Shown here: positions 39,307 to 50,399 of the stretch, piece by piece | How positions within the stretch are numbered: the first letter of the stretch is position 1 | Layout of the letters: each line of letters begins with the position of its first letter | DNA from: Ignavibacteriaceae bacterium | Lineage (GTDB): Bacteria; Bacteroidota; Ignavibacteria; Ignavibacteriales; Ignavibacteriaceae | Reading direction: 5' to 3' | Assembly (NCBI GenBank): GCA_963664845.1 | Contig: OY761615.1 | Span: 1,556,219 to 1,620,218, forward strand | Length of the DNA stretch: 64,000 nucleotides | The notes under the pieces: generated by a model | The model's input: only the letters and a program-made list of their open reading frames with translations | Databases searched by the model: none | Told to the model about the DNA's origin: nothing | Translations under genes and position numbers: made by a program

Positions 39307-40190
39307 ATGCCGATGAACCGAGGAGAAGTGACTTTAATCCGGTTGCAATAACCGTGTACGTTGTGCTTTCAGCTTTGGGTGTGTTGTTACACGCCTTTCA
39401 CCTGTTGAATACCGGTGCACTGATCATATGGCTGATTATAGCTCTGCTGCTGGCAAGTTCATTTCGTATTGCCGACCAATGGGAAAAAGGTGTTGTGCTT
39501 CGCATGGGAAAGTTTGTCGGCCTGAAGGGTCCGGGGTTGTTTTTTATTATCCCGATTATTGATCGGGTTGCAAGCTATGTGGATCAGCGGGTAAGGACAA
39601 CCTACTTCAAAGCAGAAGAGACCTTGACAAAAGACACTGTGCCGGTGAATGTTGATGCAGTGATGTATTGGACTGTATGGGATGTAGAAAAAGCAGCTCT
39701 TGAAGTTCAGTTATATTATAACGCCGTGACGTACATTGCGCAGACCGAACTGCGGGCAACAATTGGCAAGCATGAACTGGCAGATCTGCTACAAAACCGT
39801 GAAAAAATAGCCGAGGATCTTCAGGTGTCGCTCGACCAGCATACTAATTCATGGGGAGTGACGTGCCAAACTGTGGGTATCAGGGATATCGTTATCCCTT
39901 CTGCTCTGGCAAATGCAATGAGCAAACAGGCACAGGCAGAACGTGAGCGTCAGGCGCGAGTGATATTGGGAACTGCGGAAACGGAAATTGCCGAAAAATT
40001 TGCACAAGCAAGCGAGAACTATAGGAATAACCCCATTGCACTGCAATTGCGGGGAATGAACATGCTTTTTGAAGGACTGAAGGAAAAGGGTTCGCTCATC
40101 ATCGTGCCAAGCTCAGCATTGGAGTCAATGAATTTGGGAGCTGTAGGCGGACTTTCGGCACTCTCTCAAACAAGCAATGCAGCCAAATAA
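39303..40190 (+). CDS. SPFH/Band 7 (stomatin-like) membrane protein
   Basis: 295 aa. Two N-terminal TM helices, then SPFH core RIADQWEKGVVLRMGKFVGLKGPGLFFIIPIIDRV. Overlaps the GntR stop by 4 nt, so it is an operon. Confidence 0.75.
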   Translation: MNADEPRRSDFNPVAITVYVVLSALGVLLHAFHLLNTGALIIWLIIALLLASSFRIADQWEKGVVLRMGKFVGLKGPGLFFIIPIIDRVASYVDQRVRTTYFKAEETLTKDTVPVNVDAVMYWTVWDVEKAALEVQLYYNAVTYIAQTELRATIGKHELADLLQNREKIAEDLQVSLDQHTNSWGVTCQTVGIRDIVIPSALANAMSKQAQAERERQARVILGTAETEIAEKFAQASENYRNNPIALQLRGMNMLFEGLKEKGSLIIVPSSALESMNLGAVGGLSALSQTSNAAK

Positions 40191-40297
40191 AGCATGATCA
40201 TTTTGAGGAACAATGGTAGGAACAAGTAAGGGAGTTAGAGCAAGCGCCCCAAAGCCAAAAAATCTTCCAGCCGGGCGCTTGCAAAAAATCTGCGATA

Positions 40298-41608
40298 TTA
40301 CAACGTTACTGCCGTTCTTGTTTTCATGGTATGTGATGCTGATGGCAGCACAATGTGAAACTCGGTGAATCGATCGTATTCAGAGTGCACCGTGATAGTC
40401 CCACCATTTTTTTCAATAAACTGCTTGCATAAGATCAGTCCGAGACCAGAGCCTTTTTGCGGTGAATTTCCGACCTTACTGTTGGTGTCCAGATTAAACA
40501 GCTTACTTATATCTTCCGGCATAATTCCAATGCCATGGTCGCGGATAAAAATTATAACATTACCGTCATCTTCGCGAGCGGATATTATTATTGCCTCACC
40601 ATCCTTATTGAATTTTGTGGCGTTGTTCACCAGATTGCGTATGACCAGCGTGATGGTTTGTTCATCTGCCATAAGATACGTGTCCTGTGGAATATCGCAC
40701 AGAAGGTCCATGTTGCGTTGTTTTGCAAGCGGAGAATATAAGGCGACGAGGTCTTTAACAATGGGATACAGATGAACCGGTTTGGGCGTTATTGTCAATT
40801 GACCGGTTTGAGTACCGGCCCATGCCAGGAGGTTTTCAACCAGGCGATAGGCTTTTTTTGCAGAATCGGCCACATCTTTGATAAATGAGAATTTCTCTTC
40901 TTCAGTCAATTCCGCATAGAGCTGAATCAAAGTGTCGGTGAATCCCAGTATCGCGGCGAAAGGGCTGCGCAGATCATGTGAAATTATGGAAAAGAACCGG
41001 TCCTTGGTTGCATTAGCCTCGCGAAGTTTTTGTTCTGATTCGACGAGCGCGCGTTGGGCAGTGCGTTTCTCCGTAATATCATTAATAACACCGATAATGC
41101 CGGCAATGGAACCATCGAAATTTTTGACTATCGATTTACTTATTACCACTTCTTTTTTGCTCCCGACTGCATCCTCGATGATCGCTTCATAATTGATCAT
41201 CTCTGCATTCTCTTCTGCATTTTCTTCGGGTGGCTGATCCCCTTCAGGTGCATATTCCGGCATGATTTCATGCAGCGGTCTATTTGCAATATCTGCAGCA
41301 GACATACCAAGGAGGGATTCGAAAAATTTATTGCAACCCAATACCGTCGCTTCAACATCGGCAAAATAAGCCGGCACAGTCATGTTGTTGATCATAGCGA
41401 GAACATATTCTGCATAGAGGTTGGAGATATCGGCCTCCGGTAACTGCTGCAAAACATTGCCAAAGCTTTCACCGTTAAAAGTCTGAGAACCGTCAACCTC
41501 AATAGTGGGGATCACTGCCTGCAAAACATCGACTTGCTGTTGCAGCTGATTAACTTTATCTACTAACTCTTCTTTACTAAGTTGTGAATAATCCATGGAA
41601 CTCGTCAA
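40298..41608 (-). CDS. PAS-domain sensor histidine kinase (orphan)
   Basis: 436 aa. H-box ISHDLRSPFAAILGF and a HATPase_c region (IRDHGIGI...GSGLGL). PAS-like N-terminal half. No adjacent response regulator. Confidence 0.8.
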   Translation of the reverse strand: MTSSMDYSQLSKEELVDKVNQLQQQVDVLQAVIPTIEVDGSQTFNGESFGNVLQQLPEADISNLYAEYVLAMINNMTVPAYFADVEATVLGCNKFFESLLGMSAADIANRPLHEIMPEYAPEGDQPPEENAEENAEMINYEAIIEDAVGSKKEVVISKSIVKNFDGSIAGIIGVINDITEKRTAQRALVESEQKLREANATKDRFFSIISHDLRSPFAAILGFTDTLIQLYAELTEEEKFSFIKDVADSAKKAYRLVENLLAWAGTQTGQLTITPKPVHLYPIVKDLVALYSPLAKQRNMDLLCDIPQDTYLMADEQTITLVIRNLVNNATKFNKDGEAIIISAREDDGNVIIFIRDHGIGIMPEDISKLFNLDTNSKVGNSPQKGSGLGLILCKQFIEKNGGTITVHSEYDRFTEFHIVLPSASHTMKTRTAVTL

Positions 41609-42030
41609 ATGTTATTTAATGCGATTATCAAAAAATCCAAATAATAATGTAATAAAATACAAGCTCTTTAGGAATGATAAATTTCAGCAAACATTTGATC
41701 CCTGCGTACTTCAGTACAAATAAAATTTCGGGAGCAAATTAACGACCAGTGAGGCGTGATCAATCGATATATTTTCCAAGCATGCATTGGTTCGCCCGTA
41801 TTCGGGGATGGAAGATTCGCGTTAACCATTCTCCGCGTTTTTCATCCAGGTCCCACAAGACGAAATGAGGTAGTTATTCAAATCGTGGCCTTGTCAGGGC
41901 ACCTTTTATTTATACTAACCTTAAGTGAGATATAGTACTATCAAAAGATAATAAAGGAGTTGAAAAACCATTGACATAATTGCTCAATTTGAGTGAGGCA
42001 TGGCAAATACCCGTAAAAGTTCTGTCCGGC

Positions 42031-42064
42031 AAAAAAAACGGCTGAATCAGACAAAATTCAGCCG
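42031..42064 (-). terminator. rho-independent terminator after adhesin-like gene A
   Basis: A8-CGGCTGAAT-cagacaaa-ATTCAGCCG. On the minus strand this is a stem followed by T8. Confidence 0.7.
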
Positions 42065-42284
42065 GCCCATAAAACCCAGACTATGTTTTTATTATGAGAA
42101 TTGTAACATCAGATTGTATCGAGTAATTCTCCATATTCATTCCCTTACTAACAGACTTTAAGTGCAGAGATACAAAGCGGGCAGGAACAGCTCCGCAATT
42201 TAAACGCTAACCCAAGATAAATGCCAAACAGCCGGACACGTTAACAAACCGGCTGTTCAGCTAGAGAGAGGAGGCACAAAAATA

Positions 42285-45200
42285 CTAATCTCCCGTTCTG
42301 GTCACCTGCTTAATTGCCGGTTTTGCCGGACCAGTTATTGCAACCCGGGGTGTGGAGGTACCTATAAAATTATACGCGTTGTTATCACAGATGAGCAGAT
42401 CGTTGTTGTCAACATATAAGGACCCGTCGAGATCAGTAACAGCATACCTTCCAACGAAATTAAACGCATCATTATCGATCAGAAGCAGATCATTATTATC
42501 GATATAGCCTGTTTGATCAACATCGCCAGAATAGATGCACCACTTGCCCCCTTTTTGTATCATTTTATTTCCATATGCTTTTGAAGAAGCCGTTGTGAAG
42601 TCATAGCCGGCTGTTGTACCAGAAGCAAGAGGTATTGGGGCAGCACTCCAAGTTTGAATGATTGCCCGTCCGGCTATATAAATATAGTAGGAACCATTTT
42701 CGGCATGAGTAAATGTTGCTGTACCCGTAAACGATGCAGGATCAATTATCAGATTTGACGAATCCACATTTGCATAAGGGGCAGTTGCATCAGCAATGTA
42801 TACGTGCAGGGTGTCCCTGATCCTAAGTGTTCCGGCGATCTGATCATAATACCCCTCGGGAATTGCGCTGATGGCGACCGAGATAACATTGGAGAACATT
42901 CCTGCTTCTCCGGCGGAGAAATCCCCAAACGCAGTTAAGCCATTTCCCTTAACAAAGTGTTGGTCTGCATCAACAGCACCAAGATTTATCCAGGACGAAC
43001 CGCTATATAACCCGCCAATTAAAGCAGCTTCTGATCCGACTGCGTCTGTGGCTGCATATACCAATGTATCACTGTAAACGGGACTTGTTATCCCATTCGC
43101 GGTAATGGTCCATGTACGATTCAAATAAGCTGTACTGCTTGTATTGTTTGCACTTTTTGTTGGCGCAACTTTTATTCCGATATAAGCCGAGGCCAGAGTG
43201 CCGTCTGTGAGCGTAATATGTGCAGGTGAATAAATATTGTCTGAACCAACCGGGAACGTAAATGATGTCGGAACCGATGAGATTACTTTCCTAAATTCTC
43301 CCGGACCCTTAGTGACAACCATGTTTGCAGAACCCGGGGTTCCACTGATTGAACCGACAAGCACAACATTACTCGAATCAATTGTGAGTTTCCCAGCAGT
43401 GAGCATAAGGTTGTTAAAAACAGTATCCGTCACAGCACCTTGTAATGTTACTCCACCGGCATTACTAATTTCCAACCAGGCAAAGTTTACCGCACCTGAA
43501 ATAAGCTGCGGAGTGGAACCATTGAATGAAACCATTCGGGAATTTGAATAGAAATTACCTATTTTCGTCCAATTTCCTTTTGTCTTCATGTCGCCGGCCA
43601 AACTAATCGTACCGTTAATTGAAACATTTCCCAGAACCGAAAGCGTATTGCTGGTTGTGTTTAATGTGCTTCCAGCGTCGATGGTTAAACTTCCTGCGCA
43701 CTGTGCAGCAGTTGTGCCCATGCTTATTGTTGAATTATTGCTGAGCACCACATTATTGGGATAACCTGTTCCACTGGTATTTGCCGTCCACTCATTGCCG
43801 CGTGTTTTGGAACTGCCCTGATTATAGATCAGAGTTGAAGCTGCACCGAACGTGGGTGAATTCGTAAAACTTCCGCCTGCATTTATCTTGCACATACCGT
43901 TAAAGGTCAATGATCCACCACCAATTGCAACAGGTCCTGAAGTCTGGAAGGTACCACTTACGGACATTGCGCAATAGGTCTGCAGGCTCACCCCACCGGC
44001 CCCTTTTATGTTAACGTTGGGAGGAGAGGCCACATAGCCCGTGTTGTTGTTCCATGCCGAATTGTTGCTGTACAATGCTATCTGCGATGAACCATTAACC
44101 GCCAACGTTGCGTTTGGGCCATAAGTGAAACATGCGTTGGCGCCGGATGAATAGGTACCACCCGAGGCATCAATCTGGAATGTTCCATTGATCGTTACCA
44201 AACATCCAGGTTCAAAGTGGTGTGTCTGTGCTGAGGTAGTGAACGTTGCTCCTGCATCAACAAGCCAGATGGCACCGGATACTACATCAATATACTGTGA
44301 AGCGGTAACCGTACTTGCGGTGTTGCTTATCTGCATCACTCCCCCACTTGCAAGCTGGGGTAAACCATTTCCCGTTACCTGAGCCACTGTTCCATTATAA
44401 ACATATTTTCCGGCTGCATTATAGGTTCTGGAGCCCGTGGTCTGGATATTGCCGCTTGCCGTGCTGCCGCTGGTTATGCCGGTTGCACTGCCTATCTTCA
44501 ACGTACCGCCGCTGTTAAGGTTAAATATCCCTCCTGTACCGGATACGATGTAGCTGTTGCAATTTAGTGTCCCCCCATTTTTAACATTGATTGTCCCCGT
44601 CAGCGTTACGTTCGAACCAAGCGTAACAGTTGCACTGCTCATTATATCAAGATTGGTTGCTGTCAACGTAAAAGGGACTGAGAAGTTCACTGCTGTGGTT
44701 CCGTCACCAACCTGTATCTTCGTCGTGGCACCACTTACAGCCCAGGTGCCGCCAATTGCCGGAGCAGGGTTATTCTTAATGACAAAGGTCAAACCATCTG
44801 ACGTAAAACCAAGTGGTGCATTCCCTGTGCCGTCCTGATTGGCTCCCCAGCTTGAAAGATCATCAAGGTTCCCGGTTGCTTTGGAATAATAGGTTGACAC
44901 GGTTGTGGTTGCTGAGGTTTGCGGGGAACCTACCAGATTGTAGAGAATATTCGCCCCAGAATTGGTATAGGAGTATATAGTAAAGTAATAGGTCGTTCCC
45001 TGGCTGAGGCCCGTAATATCTGCGACCTGCACTCCCTGGGCTACATTCTTGTCCAGTCCGCCATCCGGAACTGCCGTACCATTCGTGGGTGCGGCTATAC
45101 TGCCATACCCTGCCGCACTTCCCCGGATCAGATAACCGTCAGGAGCAGGAGAGCCACTGCCATCATCTGTCCATACGAAATGAATTGCCGTGGCAGAGGG

Positions 45201-46331
45201 AGAGCCGTTGGAAGCAGTGAAGCCTGTTGCCTGATTTGAGGGAGCGTACTTCAATACTGTTCCCGTACACGGAACATCCCGTGATGTTCCGCCGCCAACA
45301 TTGGTTACACTTTCATTATAATTTCCTTGAGCCAGGCCGGCTTTCAATCGTACATAGACTGTTGTTGCGTTCAAGGTTGCACTGGTGAAGGGCACCTGTC
45401 TCGAGGAAGACCAGTTCGTTCCGTTATCCAGAGATATTTCATAATCTGTGGGGGCAGTTACGGTAATGTTTCCGGGATAGCCTGACAAGTCCGTTCCGCT
45501 TAAGGAATAGCTTTGTGAAGCTGAAGGGCCGGAGCCAGGGAAATAAGAGAAACTGTTAAGTGAGGAAGGGTTTGCCGTCAGCACTTCGGTTGTCATCACG
45601 GTATAGTTTGCCGAGGCTGTTTTGTTGATAGTGGCCTGGGTAACATTTGTTGTGGTCACTCCGCCACCGCCGGCCACAGTACCAGAGGAAAAACAGTAAT
45701 AATAAACAGTTATGCCGATGGTTTGTCCGGGAATGGTGGCCGTGTAGCTTGTTCCGCTGCCGGTCATCTGTGTTATTACAGAACCGGAATAGGTACTGGA
45801 GCCTATTGCATACCTGAGCCATACGGTCTGATTGGTTGGAAGAGCGCCACTCAGGGTTGCGGTGACCGTAACCGGAGAACCGGGGACAGCGGCTGAAGCA
45901 GTGGCAGTGCTTATGGTGACCGGTGTACCACCCAATTCAAACACAAAGCCTACGGAGGCAGTACTGCTGGCGACGTCCTTTATTGAGAAAACATAGGTCT
46001 TGCCGGAAACAGCGGTCATCAATCCGTTTGCACCGTTTACGGGTATAGTTGTGCTTGTGTTAAAAACTGGTGCGGAGCCATAACCCCAGGTTTGATTGGT
46101 AGTATAGCTTCCGGTAACTTCCATTTTAAACCATTGATTGCTTCCTGCGCCGATGGTTGTTTGAGGAAAAGAGATCACCCAATTGTTGGTATTATCGGGA
46201 AGTGCCATAAGGGTCATGGCGGTTTTATTTGCCCAATTAGAGCGGAAATTCATGCTGGGTTGAATGGCTGCAAAGGAGACAGCGGAAAGGATACCAAATG
46301 CCAGAAGAGTTAAGTAAAATTTCTTAACCAT
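42285..46331 (-). CDS. giant secreted adhesin-like protein, copy A (C-terminal dockerin-like repeat pair, no T9SS CTD)
   Basis: 1348 aa with a signal peptide. The N-terminal ~900 aa are near-identical to the protein at 58501-62472. The C-terminus carries DVDQTGYIDNNDLLLIDNDAFNF and DLDGSLYVDNNDLLICDNNAYNF, a dockerin/EF-hand-like pair, in place of a T9SS sorting domain. Confidence 0.75.
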   Translation of the reverse strand: MVKKFYLTLLAFGILSAVSFAAIQPSMNFRSNWANKTAMTLMALPDNTNNWVISFPQTTIGAGSNQWFKMEVTGSYTTNQTWGYGSAPVFNTSTTIPVNGANGLMTAVSGKTYVFSIKDVASSTASVGFVFELGGTPVTISTATASAAVPGSPVTVTATLSGALPTNQTVWLRYAIGSSTYSGSVITQMTGSGTSYTATIPGQTIGITVYYYCFSSGTVAGGGGVTTTNVTQATINKTASANYTVMTTEVLTANPSSLNSFSYFPGSGPSASQSYSLSGTDLSGYPGNITVTAPTDYEISLDNGTNWSSSRQVPFTSATLNATTVYVRLKAGLAQGNYNESVTNVGGGTSRDVPCTGTVLKYAPSNQATGFTASNGSPSATAIHFVWTDDGSGSPAPDGYLIRGSAAGYGSIAAPTNGTAVPDGGLDKNVAQGVQVADITGLSQGTTYYFTIYSYTNSGANILYNLVGSPQTSATTTVSTYYSKATGNLDDLSSWGANQDGTGNAPLGFTSDGLTFVIKNNPAPAIGGTWAVSGATTKIQVGDGTTAVNFSVPFTLTATNLDIMSSATVTLGSNVTLTGTINVKNGGTLNCNSYIVSGTGGIFNLNSGGTLKIGSATGITSGSTASGNIQTTGSRTYNAAGKYVYNGTVAQVTGNGLPQLASGGVMQISNTASTVTASQYIDVVSGAIWLVDAGATFTTSAQTHHFEPGCLVTINGTFQIDASGGTYSSGANACFTYGPNATLAVNGSSQIALYSNNSAWNNNTGYVASPPNVNIKGAGGVSLQTYCAMSVSGTFQTSGPVAIGGGSLTFNGMCKINAGGSFTNSPTFGAASTLIYNQGSSKTRGNEWTANTSGTGYPNNVVLSNNSTISMGTTAAQCAGSLTIDAGSTLNTTSNTLSVLGNVSINGTISLAGDMKTKGNWTKIGNFYSNSRMVSFNGSTPQLISGAVNFAWLEISNAGGVTLQGAVTDTVFNNLMLTAGKLTIDSSNVVLVGSISGTPGSANMVVTKGPGEFRKVISSVPTSFTFPVGSDNIYSPAHITLTDGTLASAYIGIKVAPTKSANNTSSTAYLNRTWTITANGITSPVYSDTLVYAATDAVGSEAALIGGLYSGSSWINLGAVDADQHFVKGNGLTAFGDFSAGEAGMFSNVISVAISAIPEGYYDQIAGTLRIRDTLHVYIADATAPYANVDSSNLIIDPASFTGTATFTHAENGSYYIYIAGRAIIQTWSAAPIPLASGTTAGYDFTTASSKAYGNKMIQKGGKWCIYSGDVDQTGYIDNNDLLLIDNDAFNFVGRYAVTDLDGSLYVDNNDLLICDNNAYNFIGTSTPRVAITGPAKPAIKQVTRTGD

Positions 46332-46427
46332 AGCTACTCCACATTATCGTTGAATCATTTTTTTGTTCTTTTTAGAATCAATCAGATAAAAATAAAGTTA
46401 ACGCCGGGGAATTAACTTAAAATTATA

Positions 46428-46483
46428 CCTGAATTGATCAAAAAGCCTGTCGAAATGATCATCCCTATGGTTGTTCTATCCAC
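46428..46483 (-). promoter_or_regulatory. putative LytTR-binding direct-repeat motif (copy 1 of 5)
   Basis: CCTGAATTGATCAaaaagcctgtcgaAATGATCAtccctatggttgttctatccac. The repeats TTGATCA (46434) and ATGATCA (46455) are 21 bp apart. About 100 bp upstream of the adhesin A start. Overlaps the 3' end of the response-regulator gene. Confidence 0.5.
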
Positions 46484-47229
46484 CTCAGAAAAGTTGAAAC
46501 TTTCAGACGACTGACAACAAGTGGTTCGGGCGCTGACAGGTCGGTCTTAACAAGAACTTTGCGGTTTATATATGACTGTATCTCTTTGATGGCCGTACGG
46601 TTTAGGAGGATTTGGCGATTAATACGATAAAACTGATTTGGGTCGAGAGTAGATTCAATCTCTTCCATGGATTTAAAAACCGAGTATTTTTTATTATCGA
46701 AACAATAACCATAGACTATCTCGTTATTGAGAAAGAAAAAAGCTATGCTGTCTACGGCGATGGGAATGTAGCTGCCTTTATACTGAACTAAAATCGAAGT
46801 CCGGTATTCTTTTTTTTCAGGGAAGGCTTTTCTAATAACGGAAAGAATATCGTTTTCCAAGGAGAATGATTGCTTCAGCTTTGCAATTTTTTCAAATGCA
46901 GCACGAATGTCCTCTTCTTTGATAGGTTTCAAAATATATTCAATTCCGTTTGATTTGAACGCCTGAAGCGTATATTGATCATATGCGGTACAGAATACCA
47001 CCGGACATCTGACTTCAACATGGGAGAAAATTTCGAAGCTCAAACCATCAGCCAACTGAATGTCCATAAAGATAATATCGGGTGCGTTCTTCGCCACCGA
47101 CAGGAATTGAACCGACTTCTCGATACTGCCCAATAAAGCAACTATCTCAGCCTCAGTATTTATTTTTACAATAATATCTTTTAAGACCTCGGCAATTTGA
47201 GGTTCGTCTTCAATGATAAGAATTTTCAT
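46465..47229 (-). CDS. LytTR-family response regulator
   Basis: 254 aa. REC domain (MKILIIEDEP...IIFMDIQLADG) followed by a C-terminal LytTR DNA-binding domain (...FYRINRQILLNRTAIKEI..). Confidence 0.85.
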   Translation of the reverse strand: MKILIIEDEPQIAEVLKDIIVKINTEAEIVALLGSIEKSVQFLSVAKNAPDIIFMDIQLADGLSFEIFSHVEVRCPVVFCTAYDQYTLQAFKSNGIEYILKPIKEEDIRAAFEKIAKLKQSFSLENDILSVIRKAFPEKKEYRTSILVQYKGSYIPIAVDSIAFFFLNNEIVYGYCFDNKKYSVFKSMEEIESTLDPNQFYRINRQILLNRTAIKEIQSYINRKVLVKTDLSAPEPLVVSRLKVSTFLRWIEQP

Positions 47230-48260
47230 ATGTTTAAGAGTTGAAGTTTTACACGAAATATGTCATCATCCAGAAACACCGTAACACTGTCAGGCCATCC
47301 TAACAGATTATATCGTTGATCCAAATTTTCCAGCCCATAACCTGATTTTTCAAATTGAGAGAATTTGGATTGCAGATTATTCTCAACGGTCACCGTGTCT
47401 GGCGTTGAACTGAATATTTTAATACGTAAAGGCTTTTCAGCCGAAACAATGTTATGCTTCATACAGTTTTCAAGAAGCAGTTGCAAACTGAAAGTAGGTA
47501 ACTTCAATTCATAAAGAGATTCCGGGATATCGATGGTTATGTGAAGCATTTTATCAAAACGTGCATTAAGCATGAAGATATAATCATTGACGAAGTTCAG
47601 CTCATCTTTTACAGTGGCTACATCATGCTGCCTTTTAATGAGGAGCTGCCGGTACATTTCCGCAAGCTTGATCACGAATTGCTCCGAATTGGGATTATGT
47701 AACCGGATCATAGAGCGCAAAGTTGCCAGTGAATTAAAGAGGAAATGCGGGCTTACCTGCTGTTTCAGAATTTCAAGTTGCGATCTGACATTTTCGGTTT
47801 TCAGCATTTCATTTTTTAGCTGAATCTCCTGCGCTTTTTCATTCGAGTTAATCGCAGTTTGGATGATGTAAATAAGGCAAATTCCCACCCCACCCCGAAC
47901 AAGAATTATTATATACAGATACAGATTTTTAACCCATCCAAAATTCATTCCGTCAAGTAACTGAATATAGAGCAACATAAGCAGCAACATTAAAAGCGAA
48001 TTGCACACAATAATGGTTAAAAATCTTGTAAAGGATATTCGTTCATTTCGATAGTTTCCAAAGTTAAACTTGATATGCGAGTTTGCCACCCAGTTGGTCA
48101 TAAGAAATATAAATACCAGCAACCATGACAGCACAACATATATCCAATTGGTATCACTTACATTCGGAGATTTGTCAACGCCATTAAAAACAGTTAGAGT
48201 GGCCGAAAAAAGAATGGCGAATTTCCAGTCCTTTTTGGTCATAATCACATTTTGCTGCAT
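47226..48260 (-). CDS. LytS/YehU-type sensor histidine kinase (His_kinase PF06580-like)
   Basis: 344 aa. N-terminal TM domain, then HFLFNSLATLRSMI (H-box of the LytS family) and a HATPase region. Overlaps the response regulator by 4 nt. Confidence 0.8.
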   Translation of the reverse strand: MQQNVIMTKKDWKFAILFSATLTVFNGVDKSPNVSDTNWIYVVLSWLLVFIFLMTNWVANSHIKFNFGNYRNERISFTRFLTIIVCNSLLMLLLMLLYIQLLDGMNFGWVKNLYLYIIILVRGGVGICLIYIIQTAINSNEKAQEIQLKNEMLKTENVRSQLEILKQQVSPHFLFNSLATLRSMIRLHNPNSEQFVIKLAEMYRQLLIKRQHDVATVKDELNFVNDYIFMLNARFDKMLHITIDIPESLYELKLPTFSLQLLLENCMKHNIVSAEKPLRIKIFSSTPDTVTVENNLQSKFSQFEKSGYGLENLDQRYNLLGWPDSVTVFLDDDIFRVKLQLLNI

Positions 48261-48464
48261 TTTGATTTTGCTTCTCTGGGATTTTTATATTTCATAAAGA
48301 AAGTTAGTCAAATCGAAAATCCAATCCAACAATGGGCTCATAAATGATCATAGTTGCCATGATGTAACTTAGTACATATGCGATAGGACCATACTTAAAC
48401 CTGCGCCAGACTGATTTCATATTTTAAAATTAATTACCGATACTTTTATTATTAAACAATAAAC

Positions 48465-49142
48465 TCATTCCCTGAGCATTCCATCAGAAAGTTCAATTAC
48501 TCTATCAGAGCTGCTTGCAAAGGTGGAATCATGAGTAACGCAAAAGATCGTTTGGCCAAATTCTTTTACAAGCGTTACCAATAGTTCCTGCACGGCGAAT
48601 GTATTTTTGCTGTCCAGATTCCCGGCTGGTTCATCAGCTAGAATAATATGCGGTTCGTTGATCAACGCACGGGCTATTGCTGCTCTCTGCAATTGTCCTC
48701 CCGAAAGCCTGGTTATTTTATAGAGAGATTGCTCTTCGATGTCGACCAGCGTAAGATAGTAATATGCTTTAGCCTCTATTTCCTGTGGTGAGAATTTTCC
48801 CAGTTTCAATGCAGGCAGCATAACATTTTGCAAAACAGAAAATTCGGGAAGAAAACAAGGAGACTGAAATACAAGCCCCATATGTTCGTTCCTGAAAGAG
48901 GTAAGCACACTCTGCGATTTTCGCGTCAGCAGCATTCCATTCATTTCCACACTACCTTCGTAGTCAGTATCCAGTGTTGATAAGATATATATAAGCGTTG
49001 ATTTTCCGGAACCTGATTTCCCCAACAGCGAGAGATATTCACCCGAGTTTATGTCAAATGAGAAACCTTTCAACACCTGAAACGTGGAGGGGACATGAAT
49101 ATACTTGATCAGATTCCGCACCCTCAGCGCAATATTCGCCAT
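48465..49142 (-). CDS. ABC transporter ATP-binding protein (FtsE/LolD/MacB-type)
   Basis: 225 aa. Walker A GKSGSGKST, signature LSGGQLQRAAIARAL, Walker B ILADEP. Confidence 0.85.
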   Translation of the reverse strand: MANIALRVRNLIKYIHVPSTFQVLKGFSFDINSGEYLSLLGKSGSGKSTLIYILSTLDTDYEGSVEMNGMLLTRKSQSVLTSFRNEHMGLVFQSPCFLPEFSVLQNVMLPALKLGKFSPQEIEAKAYYYLTLVDIEEQSLYKITRLSGGQLQRAAIARALINEPHIILADEPAGNLDSKNTFAVQELLVTLVKEFGQTIFCVTHDSTFASSSDRVIELSDGMLRE

Positions 49143-49143
49143 C

Positions 49144-50082
49144 TTAGCCCCGAATGATATTAATAGGGTTAATTTGAGCCGCTTTCCCGGCTGGAGAATA
49201 GCCGGCTAAAAAACTGGTACCTATGCTTAACAGGAATACAACAATAAAGTCGGCAAACCGGCAACTGACCGATAACATGGCCTGTCCGGTTAGCCGGGAC
49301 AGCACATATAATGCTGTAATGGCAACACTATAGCCCCCGATAAGTCCAAGAATTCCTGCAACAAGCCCAATACCCAACGTATGGATATAAAAAATATTTC
49401 GAAGATCCCGGCTGCTAAAACCCATTGTTTTTAAAATTGCAAGCTCTTTCATGCGTTCATAAACTGTGACGTTCATGATATTGAACAGGCCAAATCCCGC
49501 AACAAACATAATTGCCAAAGTGGCTGCCAGTGCAAAGAGAGCCCTCCGGATAAGTATCCATGACAGCAGAGTCCGCATCAAATGCGGGGAATCAATCCAA
49601 AGTGGCAGATCTTTATAGGCTATTCCAACCGTGCCTGCCGAATTATGCCTGGATGCACGTGTTGCGCGGGCATCGTCTTTTACCAGGTTTTCTGAGAAAA
49701 AATAAAGTACTTTAGCGTTTACTTTGACATCAAAAATTTTTGCCGGCAAATTCGCACTAACCAATGAAGATTGTTGAGGCATAAATTCATTCATCACTTT
49801 CGCTGTTGGTTCATGCATTAATGGGACCGTATTACTTGTGTATGATTGTATATGAATTGCACCCGCAAATGCCCTCTCAGGCTGAGTTATATTTATTGCA
49901 TTCAAAATACAGGATATAGCTATGTAGGTGGCAACGCCAAAAGCAATGCCCATTATTCCCAAATAACTTCGCCATCTTTTGCCAGTAAAATGCGTGTACG
50001 CAATCAGCAGAGTGACAGGTAATGTCATGTTGCTTTTTCGTACGCCAACATCGGTCTGATTGTTATATTTCATCTGTATCAT
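49144..50082 (-). CDS. ABC transporter permease, FtsX-like (4 TM)
   Basis: 312 aa. FtsX-domain pattern (...ILKTMGFSSRDLRNIFYIHTLGIGLVAGILG...). Sits 1 bp upstream of the ATPase gene. Confidence 0.7.
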   Translation of the reverse strand: MIQMKYNNQTDVGVRKSNMTLPVTLLIAYTHFTGKRWRSYLGIMGIAFGVATYIAISCILNAINITQPERAFAGAIHIQSYTSNTVPLMHEPTAKVMNEFMPQQSSLVSANLPAKIFDVKVNAKVLYFFSENLVKDDARATRASRHNSAGTVGIAYKDLPLWIDSPHLMRTLLSWILIRRALFALAATLAIMFVAGFGLFNIMNVTVYERMKELAILKTMGFSSRDLRNIFYIHTLGIGLVAGILGLIGGYSVAITALYVLSRLTGQAMLSVSCRFADFIVVFLLSIGTSFLAGYSPAGKAAQINPINIIRG

Positions 50083-50399
50083 AATTACACTGACTGCTTT
50101 GCATGTATTATTTTGGAAACATTGTTTGTTTGAGTATTATCATTGCGAGGCCTGAAAGGAACACTATGAATGAATATTGCACGTAACCTGTTGATTTGGC
50201 AGCAATAAAAGCACGGTCACATCTTGTAACTGTGCTTCTGAAAAAGCAAACATCATTGATTCTGTTTTGCATCTGTTCGGGTCTCCGGGAGTTGCATGCA
50301 AGGCACCTATGCGTTGGAATAACATATGATATAAAGGCTCTTTCCTGAATAAAGCCAACCTGCCTAACGATTCAGCACATACATATTTTCATGAATATT

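Noticed and set aside
42871-46313. Numerous 60-106-aa plus-strand ORFs inside the giant genes (e.g. 44919-45239 and 61063-61383).
   Set aside because: They are antisense shadows of the long minus-strand ORFs. Their near-identity merely reflects the 2.85-kb duplication.
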